From IMG/VR virus record IMGVR_UViG_3300037424_000280, positions 1 to 28,691 of that record: a DNA stretch of 28,691 bases, one strand, 5' to 3'. The position numbers and the translations under genes are program-made. Positions 10,453 to 18,520 of the stretch are shown here, one piece after another. This DNA is from a virus (Duplodnaviria > Caudoviricetes). Numbering within the stretch: the stretch's first letter is position 1; the number at the start of each line of letters is the position of its first letter. Below the pieces are notes generated by a model. It saw only the letters and a program-made list of their open reading frames with translations. It was not told where the DNA came from and made no database searches.

Positions 10453-10686
10453 TTAAGATTTAATTAATTTGCGTATCAGTCCTCTGTACATTTTGATTAC
10501 ATCTTCCACGTCTTCATCGGTTTCTCTTAAAATGGTTACGCACTCATTGTGCTTTTCGATAACAAAATCTCTTATTGCAGATACTTTATTCGGAGGCATG
10601 TTCTCAAGTCTGCTTTCCTCCGCCAATTCATCCAGTAACGCATCCCGTTCTCCATAAAGCCTATTTCGGTCCAAACGTGTAATCAT
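10453..10686 (-). CDS. Hypothetical protein (77 aa)
   Basis: ATG at 10686 (MITRLDRNRL...) lies just after the stop of the 181-aa gene, so it is preferred over the overlapping 10767 start. Confidence 0.55.
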   Translation of the reverse strand: MITRLDRNRLYGERDALLDELAEESRLENMPPNKVSAIRDFVIEKHNECVTILRETDEDVEDVIKMYRGLIRKLIKS

Positions 10687-10697
10687 ATTTAATATTA

Positions 10698-11243
10698 TTA
10701 TCCTACTCCTAAAAGGGTTAAATTGTGCCTTGTACCTGTAGCCGCCACTCCGTAAACATAAAAACAAGCGTCCTGATTAGACATAGCAGTCCATGTTGTA
10801 GGTACATACTTACAAAGATTCCCATCATGTGAAGGACTTGACCAATCATAACCAACCCTTATATAATCACTAGCATTTCCCCCAGTAAATTCAACGACTA
10901 TAACATAATAGTTTGGAGTCAACGCTATTCTCTCTACGCCACTAAAAGTGAAAGTATAAGGTGCATGCGAAGTAGTTAATGTGCTAACATCAAAAGCATC
11001 AGAAGTAGCCAAAAGAACATTACCAACACTTGACGTACCATAAGTACCAGAATGTGAAAACAATTTAGCGTACGCACTCCCAGTTGGGCTACCAGTTTTT
11101 CTAAGCTCAAATTTTGCCGAATCTAAAGTATAATTACTCCCACAAGTAAAACTTTGACCGGCTATTGTAATTGTAACACCATCACCCACCCCTATATCAG
11201 TACTCCAATTAATTTCACTATATGAATCTATAATGTCTGCCAT
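10698..11243 (-). CDS. Minor virion protein, beta-sandwich-like
   Basis: GQSFT...LDSAKFELRKTGSP...YTFTF...LTPNYYVIVV pattern, typical of jelly-roll domains in phage structural proteins. Located in the structural region. Confidence 0.5.
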   Translation of the reverse strand: MADIIDSYSEINWSTDIGVGDGVTITIAGQSFTCGSNYTLDSAKFELRKTGSPTGSAYAKLFSHSGTYGTSSVGNVLLATSDAFDVSTLTTSHAPYTFTFSGVERIALTPNYYVIVVEFTGGNASDYIRVGYDWSSPSHDGNLCKYVPTTWTAMSNQDACFYVYGVAATGTRHNLTLLGVG

Positions 11244-11254
11244 ATTATATTAGG

Positions 11255-12661
11255 TTAAACTGATACAATTGCATAACACAAAAATCCGTCAACATCTCCT
11301 CCTGTTATATCCACTTCTAAATCTTTATCTGTAGCGCACTTAAATATCGGCATTGAGAAGTTTCCTGATGGCGGTACTGATATACCTCCGTACTGTGCAA
11401 ATTCCATTACTCCAGTTACAGCCGTATCATCTTCATCTTGAAGGCTTACTGTCTGTCCGTCTGCATCTCCGCATGTAAATCCGTATCCATATACCCAAAT
11501 CTGTTTACTTGCTGCACTTGATACTAAGACCTGATTAGCTCCTGTAGTTAAGTTAATCGCTATATGAGCATAAGAATCTATTGTGGGATTTCCCGGACCT
11601 TGTACTGAACCGGGTAAAGTCAACACATCTACATCTCCGATATTGTTTGTTCCTGCGGGTAAAGCTGCAACTACATCTACCTGCATTTCACTACCGGAAA
11701 TTGCGTTATCAATAACTTCTACTGCCGTCTTAATTGAATCTGTATTTGTCTTAATATCTGCTAAATTCCCTCCACTTTCCAAAGCAAACCCTGTAATTGC
11801 TGCCGGCGGAGTTAAAGTGGTTACTTGAGCCTCTGTTAATACTACCGGTACACTCGCAGCCGCCAAAGCTTGACCTAATGCCGGAGTTTTGCCGTCCAAT
11901 GAAGTAGTATCTCCTGCGATTGTATCTAAATTTCCTCCTGATTCTTCTGCATAATTTGTAATTGCAGCCGGAGGCGTTAAAGTTGTTATTTGTCCTGCTG
12001 GTAAAACTACCGGTACACTCGCAGCTTCTAAAGCCTGTCCTAATGCTGGCGTTTTATCGTCTATAGAAGTCGTATCTCCCGCTATAGTTGTTTCAAGAAC
12101 CTCTAAAGCTGCAAGATCTGTAGCACAAGCCGCTAAATTTCCGCCAGCCTCTAAAGCTAAAGCGGAAGTGTTTAAATTAGTACCTGCATTTGCTGTTACT
12201 GTTCCTGCTATTGAACCTGTATCACAAGTAGTTATCTTACCGTCTATACTGTCAACGGCTGCATCTAAGGCTGTTATCATCGTATCGTCCGTTGCTATCG
12301 TTACAGGCGCACTTGCTGCCATTACAGCCGTCCCTAATGCCGGAGTTTTTGTGTCTATATTATCTAAAGAAGTATTCCCTGTGGTCTGTCCTACTGATGT
12401 AGCAAGTCCGGTTGTATCTATTGAAGCATTTACATCAAGTGCGTTAGCTGTTACGCCTACAACATTTCCTGCTCCGTCTACTATTTGTGTCTTTTGATCT
12501 CCATTCGTCTGATTATCTGATGTAGCTCCACCTGTAACACTAAAAGAACCGGATACAGGTATAGTTGTTTGATCGTTAGCAATCACAACAGATATAGAAT
12601 TCTCCATATTCTCCTGCCCTAATTCACCATTAACTTCTGGTTGATTTCTATTCCCTGCCAT
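11255..12661 (-). CDS. Repeat-containing fibre-like virion protein
   Basis: 468 aa, A/T/G/D-rich, with internal KTPALG...AASVPVVL repeats and a C-terminal globular beta domain. Confidence 0.55.
   Translation of the reverse strand: MAGNRNQPEVNGELGQENMENSISVVIANDQTTIPVSGSFSVTGGATSDNQTNGDQKTQIVDGAGNVVGVTANALDVNASIDTTGLATSVGQTTGNTSLDNIDTKTPALGTAVMAASAPVTIATDDTMITALDAAVDSIDGKITTCDTGSIAGTVTANAGTNLNTSALALEAGGNLAACATDLAALEVLETTIAGDTTSIDDKTPALGQALEAASVPVVLPAGQITTLTPPAAITNYAEESGGNLDTIAGDTTSLDGKTPALGQALAAASVPVVLTEAQVTTLTPPAAITGFALESGGNLADIKTNTDSIKTAVEVIDNAISGSEMQVDVVAALPAGTNNIGDVDVLTLPGSVQGPGNPTIDSYAHIAINLTTGANQVLVSSAASKQIWVYGYGFTCGDADGQTVSLQDEDDTAVTGVMEFAQYGGISVPPSGNFSMPIFKCATDKDLEVDITGGDVDGFLCYAIVSV
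11760..12090 (-). repeat. Tandem coding repeat with a 165-nt (55-aa) period; a third degenerate copy lies near 12290-12380
   Basis: TIAGDTTS[IL]D[DG]KTPALGQAL.AASVPVVL...Q[IV]TTLTPPAAIT..A.ESGGNL occurs twice. GAAGT.GTATCTCC starts at 11901 and 12066. Confidence 0.9.
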
Positions 12662-12672
12662 TGTTTAAAGGG

Positions 12673-13536
12673 TTAAATTTTAAGGTCTGGGAATCTCTCC
12701 CCATACTTTTCCTCCATTTGAGTTTTATAAGTATGTAATTTATCAATACTCTTTTTCGTAAATTTTTCCCTAACAATTAAATCCTTCTCCTTTTCATCAA
12801 GAGCTTTTTCCCTGTTAGCTAATGTTATTTCAATTTCAGCTTTTTCCGCTAAAGCTTTTTCTAACATAGCCTCATTACTTTCAATTTGTTTCTTTTCCTC
12901 TACTATCAACTTCTTTAAATTTCCTTGCGCTATTATAATTTCGCTTTCAATATTTTTCTTTTCAGCTTCTAAGTTATTATTACTTGCTTTGGCTACATTT
13001 ATTTCTTGATTCAAACACGCTACTTCATTATTCAAATCTATCAATTTACTTTCTAATAAACGGTTTTCAGTTTGAATTTTTGCTTGTTCTTCAACCAAAT
13101 TATTTATACCTTCTGCAAAATGTTTTTTATCGTTTAGATACTGTTTATTAAGTTCTTCTAATTCATTTGTACTAATTCTAATTTGGTCTTTAATATCACT
13201 TAATTCAACTGAAAGATTTTTAAATTTTTCTTGTTTTTCTTTAATTTCTTCAGCTAAAGCTAATTTTTGGTTGTCTGCACTCGACACAAAAGCAGAATTT
13301 TCTACTTGTGCTTGATGTAAGGCTTTTTGCAATTCAGTAATCTTAACCTGCAAATCTTTAATATTATCATCTAAACCTTCTTTACTTTTCTTTAAAACTT
13401 TTATTTTTTCAGATAAATCTTCATAGTCTGCTAACTGTTTTTCAGCTATGGCTATGTTTGCGTAAAGTGAATCCAGTCTTTCTCTGGCTGCAACCTGCTC
13501 CGGGTCTGGCGCTGTTGCCCTTGTATTGCTAGGCAT
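12673..13536 (-). CDS. Long coiled-coil protein
   Basis: 287 aa, E/K/L-rich with heptad pattern throughout. Confidence 0.7.
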   Translation of the reverse strand: MPSNTRATAPDPEQVAARERLDSLYANIAIAEKQLADYEDLSEKIKVLKKSKEGLDDNIKDLQVKITELQKALHQAQVENSAFVSSADNQKLALAEEIKEKQEKFKNLSVELSDIKDQIRISTNELEELNKQYLNDKKHFAEGINNLVEEQAKIQTENRLLESKLIDLNNEVACLNQEINVAKASNNNLEAEKKNIESEIIIAQGNLKKLIVEEKKQIESNEAMLEKALAEKAEIEITLANREKALDEKEKDLIVREKFTKKSIDKLHTYKTQMEEKYGERFPDLKI

Positions 13537-13546
13537 AATTTATTGG

Positions 13547-13921
13547 TTAAACAGTATGTAATATTGCATCTACCGCTACAGTAGAAGTTGTTAATGTTCC
13601 TGTCCCTTTAATTGAAATTTTTATATATCGTGCAGAAATAGGAACTTTAATTTCATAATTTCCTGCTGTAGTAAACGTATATTCATTAACTACAAGTGTG
13701 CTTGAACCTCCTGCAACTGTAGCATTAGTTTCTCGAAAATAAGTTGTACCATCAAATGAAAACTCTACCTTTACTTCGCATGAAGTAGCTGTACCAGCAA
13801 CCCATTGAACAAGTACGTTCAACTGATTATACTGTCCTGCATTTTCAACAACAGTACCAACTACATAAGAGGTAGTTGGAATCAGAGCTGTTCTAACCGG
13901 GACATTTAAGAAATCTAACAT
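13547..13921 (-). CDS. Small beta-rich virion protein
   Basis: 124 aa, T/V-rich beta strands (EVKVEFSFDGTTYF, ARYIKISIK). Located in the structural region. Confidence 0.5.
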   Translation of the reverse strand: MLDFLNVPVRTALIPTTSYVVGTVVENAGQYNQLNVLVQWVAGTATSCEVKVEFSFDGTTYFRETNATVAGGSSTLVVNEYTFTTAGNYEIKVPISARYIKISIKGTGTLTTSTVAVDAILHTV

Positions 13922-13943
13922 GAGAACTTGGTTAAGATTAAAT

Positions 13944-13980
13944 TTTTATAGGAATGCCGATAGAGGCACTCCATATAAAA
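13944..13980 (-). other. Intergenic stem-loop (possible attenuator, processing or stability element)
   Basis: Minus-strand RNA GGAGUGCC-ucuauc-GGCAUUCC, extended by UUUUAUA/UAUAAAA. No U-tract directly 3' of it. Confidence 0.55.
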
Positions 13981-13982
13981 CT

Positions 13983-14105
13983 TTAAACTTCTTCTTTCTT
14001 AGTTTTCTTTACTTTCTTTGCTGCTGGTTTAATTGTTGATTTACTATCTGCAAATTCATCAACACCGGCTTCGACTAAGTCTGAATTTCTTGTAAGTTCT
14101 GACAT
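13983..14105 (-). CDS. Unannotated 40-aa protein with Lys-rich tail
   Basis: MSELTRNSDLVEAGVDEFADSKSTIKPAAKKVKKTKKEEV*. Preceded by TAACCTAATTAAATT, the leader motif shared with neighbouring genes. Fills the gap between two genes. Confidence 0.7.
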   Translation of the reverse strand: MSELTRNSDLVEAGVDEFADSKSTIKPAAKKVKKTKKEEV

Positions 14106-14124
14106 AATTTAATTAGGTTATTGA

Positions 14125-15132
14125 TTAAGCTGCCTGGATAGCAATACCTGCCGCTGCACCTGTAGCATCTGGCGTATATCCTTCAACAAATACGCCTGTA
14201 GTTGTTGATATAGCTGCTGGTGTTTGAGTTGCTACAGGATCAACAATTAAAACTGAACCATTAGTTTGTGAAGCACCAAAACTAACACATTCATCCATAT
14301 TTGTTGTACCAAGTGCATCAGCCCAGAAAATAGGTCTAGTAACTAATAATCTTCGTTCAATATCTGTAGCACCTGCTCCATACATAAACGAGTTATCAGC
14401 ATCGTTACTACGTCTATTGAAAATACAATCTTCAAAAATCACATCTCTGGCAACTTTACCTGTAATTTGTTCCCTACCGAAATCCACACAAGGTCTGTTC
14501 CCGTTAGCTGTGATCGCTACAGAAGTGTAGCCAAATGAACATTTTACATATTGAGAAGTATCTCCATTACAAAGCATATCTGCTGCTGTAGCGGTACTAA
14601 CAATACCATTTCTTACAGTATGGCAATTTTCCATATAAGTAAATTCTCCACCATCTTTGAAAGCCCATAAAGCAGAAGTGCTTGAGTTTGTACTTTCAAA
14701 TTTAAGACCTCTGAAAGAATTTCTTACACCTGTATTTTCAATTACTGCATCGTTGCCAGCAGTTGAACCTGCAATTAGAATTTTACTTCCCTGTCCTTCG
14801 ATTCTCTTTACACCCATTAACCAGTCAATACCAACTACATGAACTCTGCTTTTAGACATTGTTACTTTAGTTGTAAGTGTATGAGAACTCTTTCCGTCAA
14901 CTACAATAACATCGTTATTCCCATCTTCTGTAGCATCATAAGCATCAGAGAAACTAGTATAGAATCTCACTATACCATTTAAAGCGGTAAAAACTTCTTG
15001 TAATTTTTGGTATCTTTCTCCTGCATAATCAGAAGAATTTACCACAATAAAAATCCTACCAAAAGTAGGGACAGCACTATGAACAGCGTTTAATAATGCC
15101 TGCCCATAGCCTGAATTTTGATTATAACCCAT
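14125..15132 (-). CDS. Virion protein with beta-helix-like repeats (possible head spike/decoration)
   Basis: 335 aa directly after the MCP. FSDAYDA...NNDVIVV cap followed by NSFRGLKFE / TYMENCH / QYVKCSF / VIFEDCIF repeats. Confidence 0.5.
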   Translation of the reverse strand: MGYNQNSGYGQALLNAVHSAVPTFGRIFIVVNSSDYAGERYQKLQEVFTALNGIVRFYTSFSDAYDATEDGNNDVIVVDGKSSHTLTTKVTMSKSRVHVVGIDWLMGVKRIEGQGSKILIAGSTAGNDAVIENTGVRNSFRGLKFESTNSSTSALWAFKDGGEFTYMENCHTVRNGIVSTATAADMLCNGDTSQYVKCSFGYTSVAITANGNRPCVDFGREQITGKVARDVIFEDCIFNRRSNDADNSFMYGAGATDIERRLLVTRPIFWADALGTTNMDECVSFGASQTNGSVLIVDPVATQTPAAISTTTGVFVEGYTPDATGAAAGIAIQAA

Positions 15133-15216
15133 ATTTTTAATTGTTAATGTTTATTTCGCTTCCTCCAGCCTGCCAGGGTTCTTATGTTACCTTAGCGAAT
15201 AAACGGAATTAATTAC

Positions 15217-16212
15217 TTACGGACATGAACCCAATACACCTCTCGCCACAACACAACAAGTAGCCCATGCGGCACGAGTGCCGAATGTTATATTGTCGTT
15301 ATGTACGTCTTCGTCTTGAGCTTTCATGTAAGGAACTTCGTATATATCAAGATATAAAGAAGCTTCTTCCGCAACATAGAACCACCATTTAGCTTTTGTA
15401 GAATCGTAAGCACCAGTAGCAGTTGTAGCTAGTCTAGGTAATTTAATGTGTACAAACTTAGGAGCAACATTAACTACTCCCGGATTGTTTTGTGTAACAT
15501 CTGTATTTGACAACATAACCTGCTGTACAGCATCAGAAGTAGTTGGATCATCTCCAGTTACAATGTATTTGAAGTTGTACACACGTCTTTCGTTGAAATT
15601 TGATACTACCTGTGTAGTTGTCCTTTCTCTAGCAACCTGAAAAGCTCCTGTTGAAAAATAAGGTGTTCCAGTAATTACTGTTGAATAAGTAGATGTAGAA
15701 CCTGTTAAATCCTGAGTTGAATCTACAAGAGCAGTTGAAGTTGTTGACCCCATAGATACATCAACTGTTTCCCCATCCATATCTGTATATGAAGTAGAAG
15801 TAGCAAATGTAAATCTATGTGTAAGGTCTAACGCCATTCTCTGCGGACAATATTTAGATAGAGAAGTCATTTTGTTTACGATATTAGCATCAGAAGTAGC
15901 AAATTTATTCATTTCGTGAGTAAGGTCGATTTCTGCTGCAAATCTTCGCATTGTAGCTGTTTTTGTCCAGCCTTTGATAACTGCAACCTTTGTAGCATCG
16001 CCACCTTCAATTTTAAGGTGAGCATAAGTTTCAGTATCGTATTCGTCATGTATTCGTTGAGTACCTGTGTTGTTAGGAATAGTTTCTATTTTATAGAGCT
16101 TCTTAACTTCCGCAAGGTCTTCAACAAGGTATTCACCCATTTGGTGTATTCTTTTAGTAGTATCTACTAAATCAGAAAACGCTAATGATGAAATTAAAGT
16201 TGATCCTGCCAT
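15217..16212 (-). CDS. Major capsid protein (HK97 fold, Mu gpT-like)
   Basis: 331 aa with EGGD...TKTATMRRFAAEIDLTHEM and C-terminal DNITFGTRAAW...RGVLGS, resembling gpT-like capsid proteins. Lies downstream of portal, scaffold and a decoration-sized gene. Confidence 0.75.
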   Translation of the reverse strand: MAGSTLISSLAFSDLVDTTKRIHQMGEYLVEDLAEVKKLYKIETIPNNTGTQRIHDEYDTETYAHLKIEGGDATKVAVIKGWTKTATMRRFAAEIDLTHEMNKFATSDANIVNKMTSLSKYCPQRMALDLTHRFTFATSTSYTDMDGETVDVSMGSTTSTALVDSTQDLTGSTSTYSTVITGTPYFSTGAFQVARERTTTQVVSNFNERRVYNFKYIVTGDDPTTSDAVQQVMLSNTDVTQNNPGVVNVAPKFVHIKLPRLATTATGAYDSTKAKWWFYVAEEASLYLDIYEVPYMKAQDEDVHNDNITFGTRAAWATCCVVARGVLGSCP

Positions 16213-16234
16213 CTTTAAAATTTGTTATAGAATA

Positions 16235-16642
16235 TTAATCTTTACCATGTAAAACATTCAATTTGAAAATACCTGTTGTTGCGTTGATGTATTTAACTAA
16301 TTCCACGGTATCATAAGTAGAAGTTCCCTGTGCAATAGTTAATCCACCAGAAGCAAAATCAAACTGATCGCCCTCCATAGCTTTTGTAAGAGTACCTGAA
16401 CCTCCATCAGCATAAAATGTAGAGTTCACCGAATTAGGAACTAATACATACATGTCTTCTGTTGAAGCACTTGAAGCATAAGAAGCCTGAACAATACCCT
16501 TAAGATGATTTTGTGTAGTAGTGGTTACTGGAACATTGTCTGTTTCGTCATTGTAAATAAACATCCCTGCTGTATAAGTAGTTGATGCTTTACGTGGCAT
16601 TTTTGTCATTGACCAGTCCCTACTTGATGGTCTGAAAGCCAT
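16235..16642 (-). CDS. Head decoration/cement protein
   Basis: 135 aa, S/T/G-rich beta protein immediately upstream of the MCP, the usual position for cement proteins. Confidence 0.55.
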   Translation of the reverse strand: MAFRPSSRDWSMTKMPRKASTTYTAGMFIYNDETDNVPVTTTTQNHLKGIVQASYASSASTEDMYVLVPNSVNSTFYADGGSGTLTKAMEGDQFDFASGGLTIAQGTSTYDTVELVKYINATTGIFKLNVLHGKD

Positions 16643-16691
16643 AGTTTTGTTTGTTAATAAATAATTGGCTCATGTCTTATGTTTTTACAAG

Positions 16692-16791
16692 TACGGTAAA
16701 ACGAAAAAAAACCGTATTAAACCGCTTGCGAGAACGGATACGCAAAAAGACACAGCTTTCGCCGTGCCCTTATCTATGCTCCTTTTACGCA
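16692..16791 (-). ncRNA. Candidate structured 5' leader of the capsid transcript
   Basis: Long stem 16739-16791 capped by a GAAA tetraloop, plus hairpins at 16722-16737 and 16692-16716. G-U pairs favour the minus strand. Confidence 0.5.
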
Positions 16792-16812
16792 GGTCGCCTT
16801 TCGATTTATTTT

Positions 16813-16842
16813 ATTATATACACATTTTTAATTACTTTGCAA
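16813..16842 (-). promoter_or_regulatory. Sigma70-type promoter for the capsid genes
   Basis: TTGCAA (16842-16837), 18-nt spacer, TATAAT (16818-16813). Confidence 0.65.
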
Positions 16843-17488
16843 GTTCTTTTTCTTTTTTTGTTGTTATATATTTGTAACGGACTGCCCCCTTTAATAATTC
16901 TTTATAGTACATACAATCTTTAAAATCACTCCAATCTAATTGTTTAACATTTTTATAATCATTAGTTTTCTTTGTATCAAACACTTTTCCTTTTACATCA
17001 ATACCTAAATCTTCAAATAATTCATAAGGATTTTCGACTAAATCCTCTAATCTGTAAATCAAATCTGCATACCCTTCAATAAGCCTATTCCACGAAAGCC
17101 AATTATAAATATATCTGTCCATTAAACTTAATCTTCTTATATGGGGCATGTATAACTCCTTATACATAGAATAAATATTAGATTTAAAATTATAATCTTC
17201 AAATACTTTCTGATGACACAATGAACTTATTTGTTTTAAAGGATGTCTTATAATTTGTATTATAATCGCTCCTCTCTTTTTCTCTCTTTGTAAAAAAGGC
17301 GCTGCTAACCACGATACATCACCTATCATTCCTTCTCTCCATTCACCGAATCCAGGTGCACCAAATATTGTTTCATGCCCCATTATAACGCCCCCTTGTG
17401 TCATCAAATTAGCAAGAAAGTTTGTACCACTTCTCGCACATCCCGTTCCTATTATCGCAGGAAATTTTATATCTTTACGAATTTTCAT
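16832..17488 (-). CDS. PAPS-dependent sulfotransferase
   Basis: 5'-PSB loop IIGTGCARSGTNFLANLM, 3'-PB motif IIRHPLKQISS, and YRLEDLVENP. Likely start is ATG 17488 (MKIRKDIKF), overlapping the glycosyltransferase end by 14 nt. Confidence 0.85.
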   Translation of the reverse strand: MKIRKDIKFPAIIGTGCARSGTNFLANLMTQGGVIMGHETIFGAPGFGEWREGMIGDVSWLAAPFLQREKKRGAIIIQIIRHPLKQISSLCHQKVFEDYNFKSNIYSMYKELYMPHIRRLSLMDRYIYNWLSWNRLIEGYADLIYRLEDLVENPYELFEDLGIDVKGKVFDTKKTNDYKNVKQLDWSDFKDCMYYKELLKGAVRYKYITTKKEKELAK

Positions 17489-18110
17489 TAATATTGTTTT
17501 TAAAATCTTTATCATACCAGTATGTAACCGGTTCACCAATATGCTTAGAGTAAACATCAGCCATACACCAAACCTCTAAACCTAATTCACCAGCTCTCCT
17601 ACAAAAATTTATATCTTCGCTAAACTCTACCAATATTTCTTTTCCGTCAACCATTTCTATAGCATTTTCAAATTGAAAAGGAGCAGGGTATTCCTTGATT
17701 ATTTTCTTTAATGCTTTTGACTTTATAAGTGTGCTCGCCATTCCAACACCACCCACTCTTTGCGTTTCTTTTATTTCATTTATTCTATTAAAATCCATAT
17801 CATAAACAGCTAACTCTTTTTTGCCATTCCTACTAGGTATCGGACAACCAACAATATCTTTATCTAAAGCTACCATTTTTACTAGAATATCTTTACATGG
17901 AATTTGATCGTCATCGCAAAAAAACAAATAATCATTATCATGCATTAAACATTGACTTACCATTCCGTTTCTGGCTTTATCTATCATCAGTCTTGAAACA
18001 TAACCGAAATTCACAATACTATCTTCAGGTTTATCAAGTTGAATAAGCCTACTCATAACGCTTAATGGTATTTTTCCTGTAGCGCTTGGTATTGCTATCA
18101 TTATTTTCAT
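17475..18110 (-). CDS. GT-A fold (GT2-like) glycosyltransferase
   Basis: KIMIAIP, IDKARN, YLFFCDDD (DxD motif), GMASTLI, FSEDINFCRRA..LG..VW and HIG motifs. Confidence 0.88.
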   Translation of the reverse strand: MKIMIAIPSATGKIPLSVMSRLIQLDKPEDSIVNFGYVSRLMIDKARNGMVSQCLMHDNDYLFFCDDDQIPCKDILVKMVALDKDIVGCPIPSRNGKKELAVYDMDFNRINEIKETQRVGGVGMASTLIKSKALKKIIKEYPAPFQFENAIEMVDGKEILVEFSEDINFCRRAGELGLEVWCMADVYSKHIGEPVTYWYDKDFKNNINENS

Positions 18111-18520
18111 ATAGCTTTATTATTAGAATCAAGTTTTATATTATGATGTTTCTCTAGCATAACTTCGAAATTAATAGGGTATTTTAATCCACCTTCTTTG
18201 CGAATTTTAGTCCCGCTTATTTCTTCAGTCTTCTTATCCAGCCGTACTTGCTCAACCTTATATCCTACATCTCTACCATAAAATATACCCTCAATGTCAA
18301 GACATTTCTCAACTACTAATCGTCCATCACACATCTCCTCATCAAATTTATCCATGAACATTAAATATCTTTCAAAAATACTATATGGATTCTTTTTACT
18401 TTTCCTTGTATTCCTTATCAACACCAATACATTCTTCCCCTCATCTAACTTATTTCTAATAAGTTTAATATGCCCATCATGCAAAGGTTGAAAACGCCCT
18501 ACTGTAAGCCAAAATTTCAT
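18107..18520 (-). CDS. HxGH nucleotidyltransferase (cytidylyltransferase/NadM-like; candidate minimal ATP sulfurylase)
   Basis: GRFQPLHDGH and ISGTKIR signature motifs, plus NPYSIFER. ATGA overlaps with both neighbours. Confidence 0.8.
   Translation of the reverse strand: MKFWLTVGRFQPLHDGHIKLIRNKLDEGKNVLVLIRNTRKSKKNPYSIFERYLMFMDKFDEEMCDGRLVVEKCLDIEGIFYGRDVGYKVEQVRLDKKTEEISGTKIRKEGGLKYPINFEVMLEKHHNIKLDSNNKAI

Noticed and set aside
10687-10767. Longer start for the ORF ending at 10453
   Set aside because: It overlaps the upstream gene by 70 nt. ATG 10686 follows that gene's stop with typical spacing.
16692-16806. Capsid leader as a c-di-GMP riboswitch or tRNA
   Set aside because: It has a GAAA-capped stem, but I could not match the remaining riboswitch consensus or a cloverleaf with a T-loop. 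Left unassigned.
16651-16923. Plus-strand ORFs 16651-16923 and 16665-16877
   Set aside because: They run against the operon and overlap the capsid promoter and structured leader, which explain the region better.
17489-17557. Longer N-terminus of the sulfotransferase given in the ORF track
   Set aside because: It overlaps the glycosyltransferase by 83 nt. ATG 17488 gives a short coupling overlap and begins just before the PSB strand.
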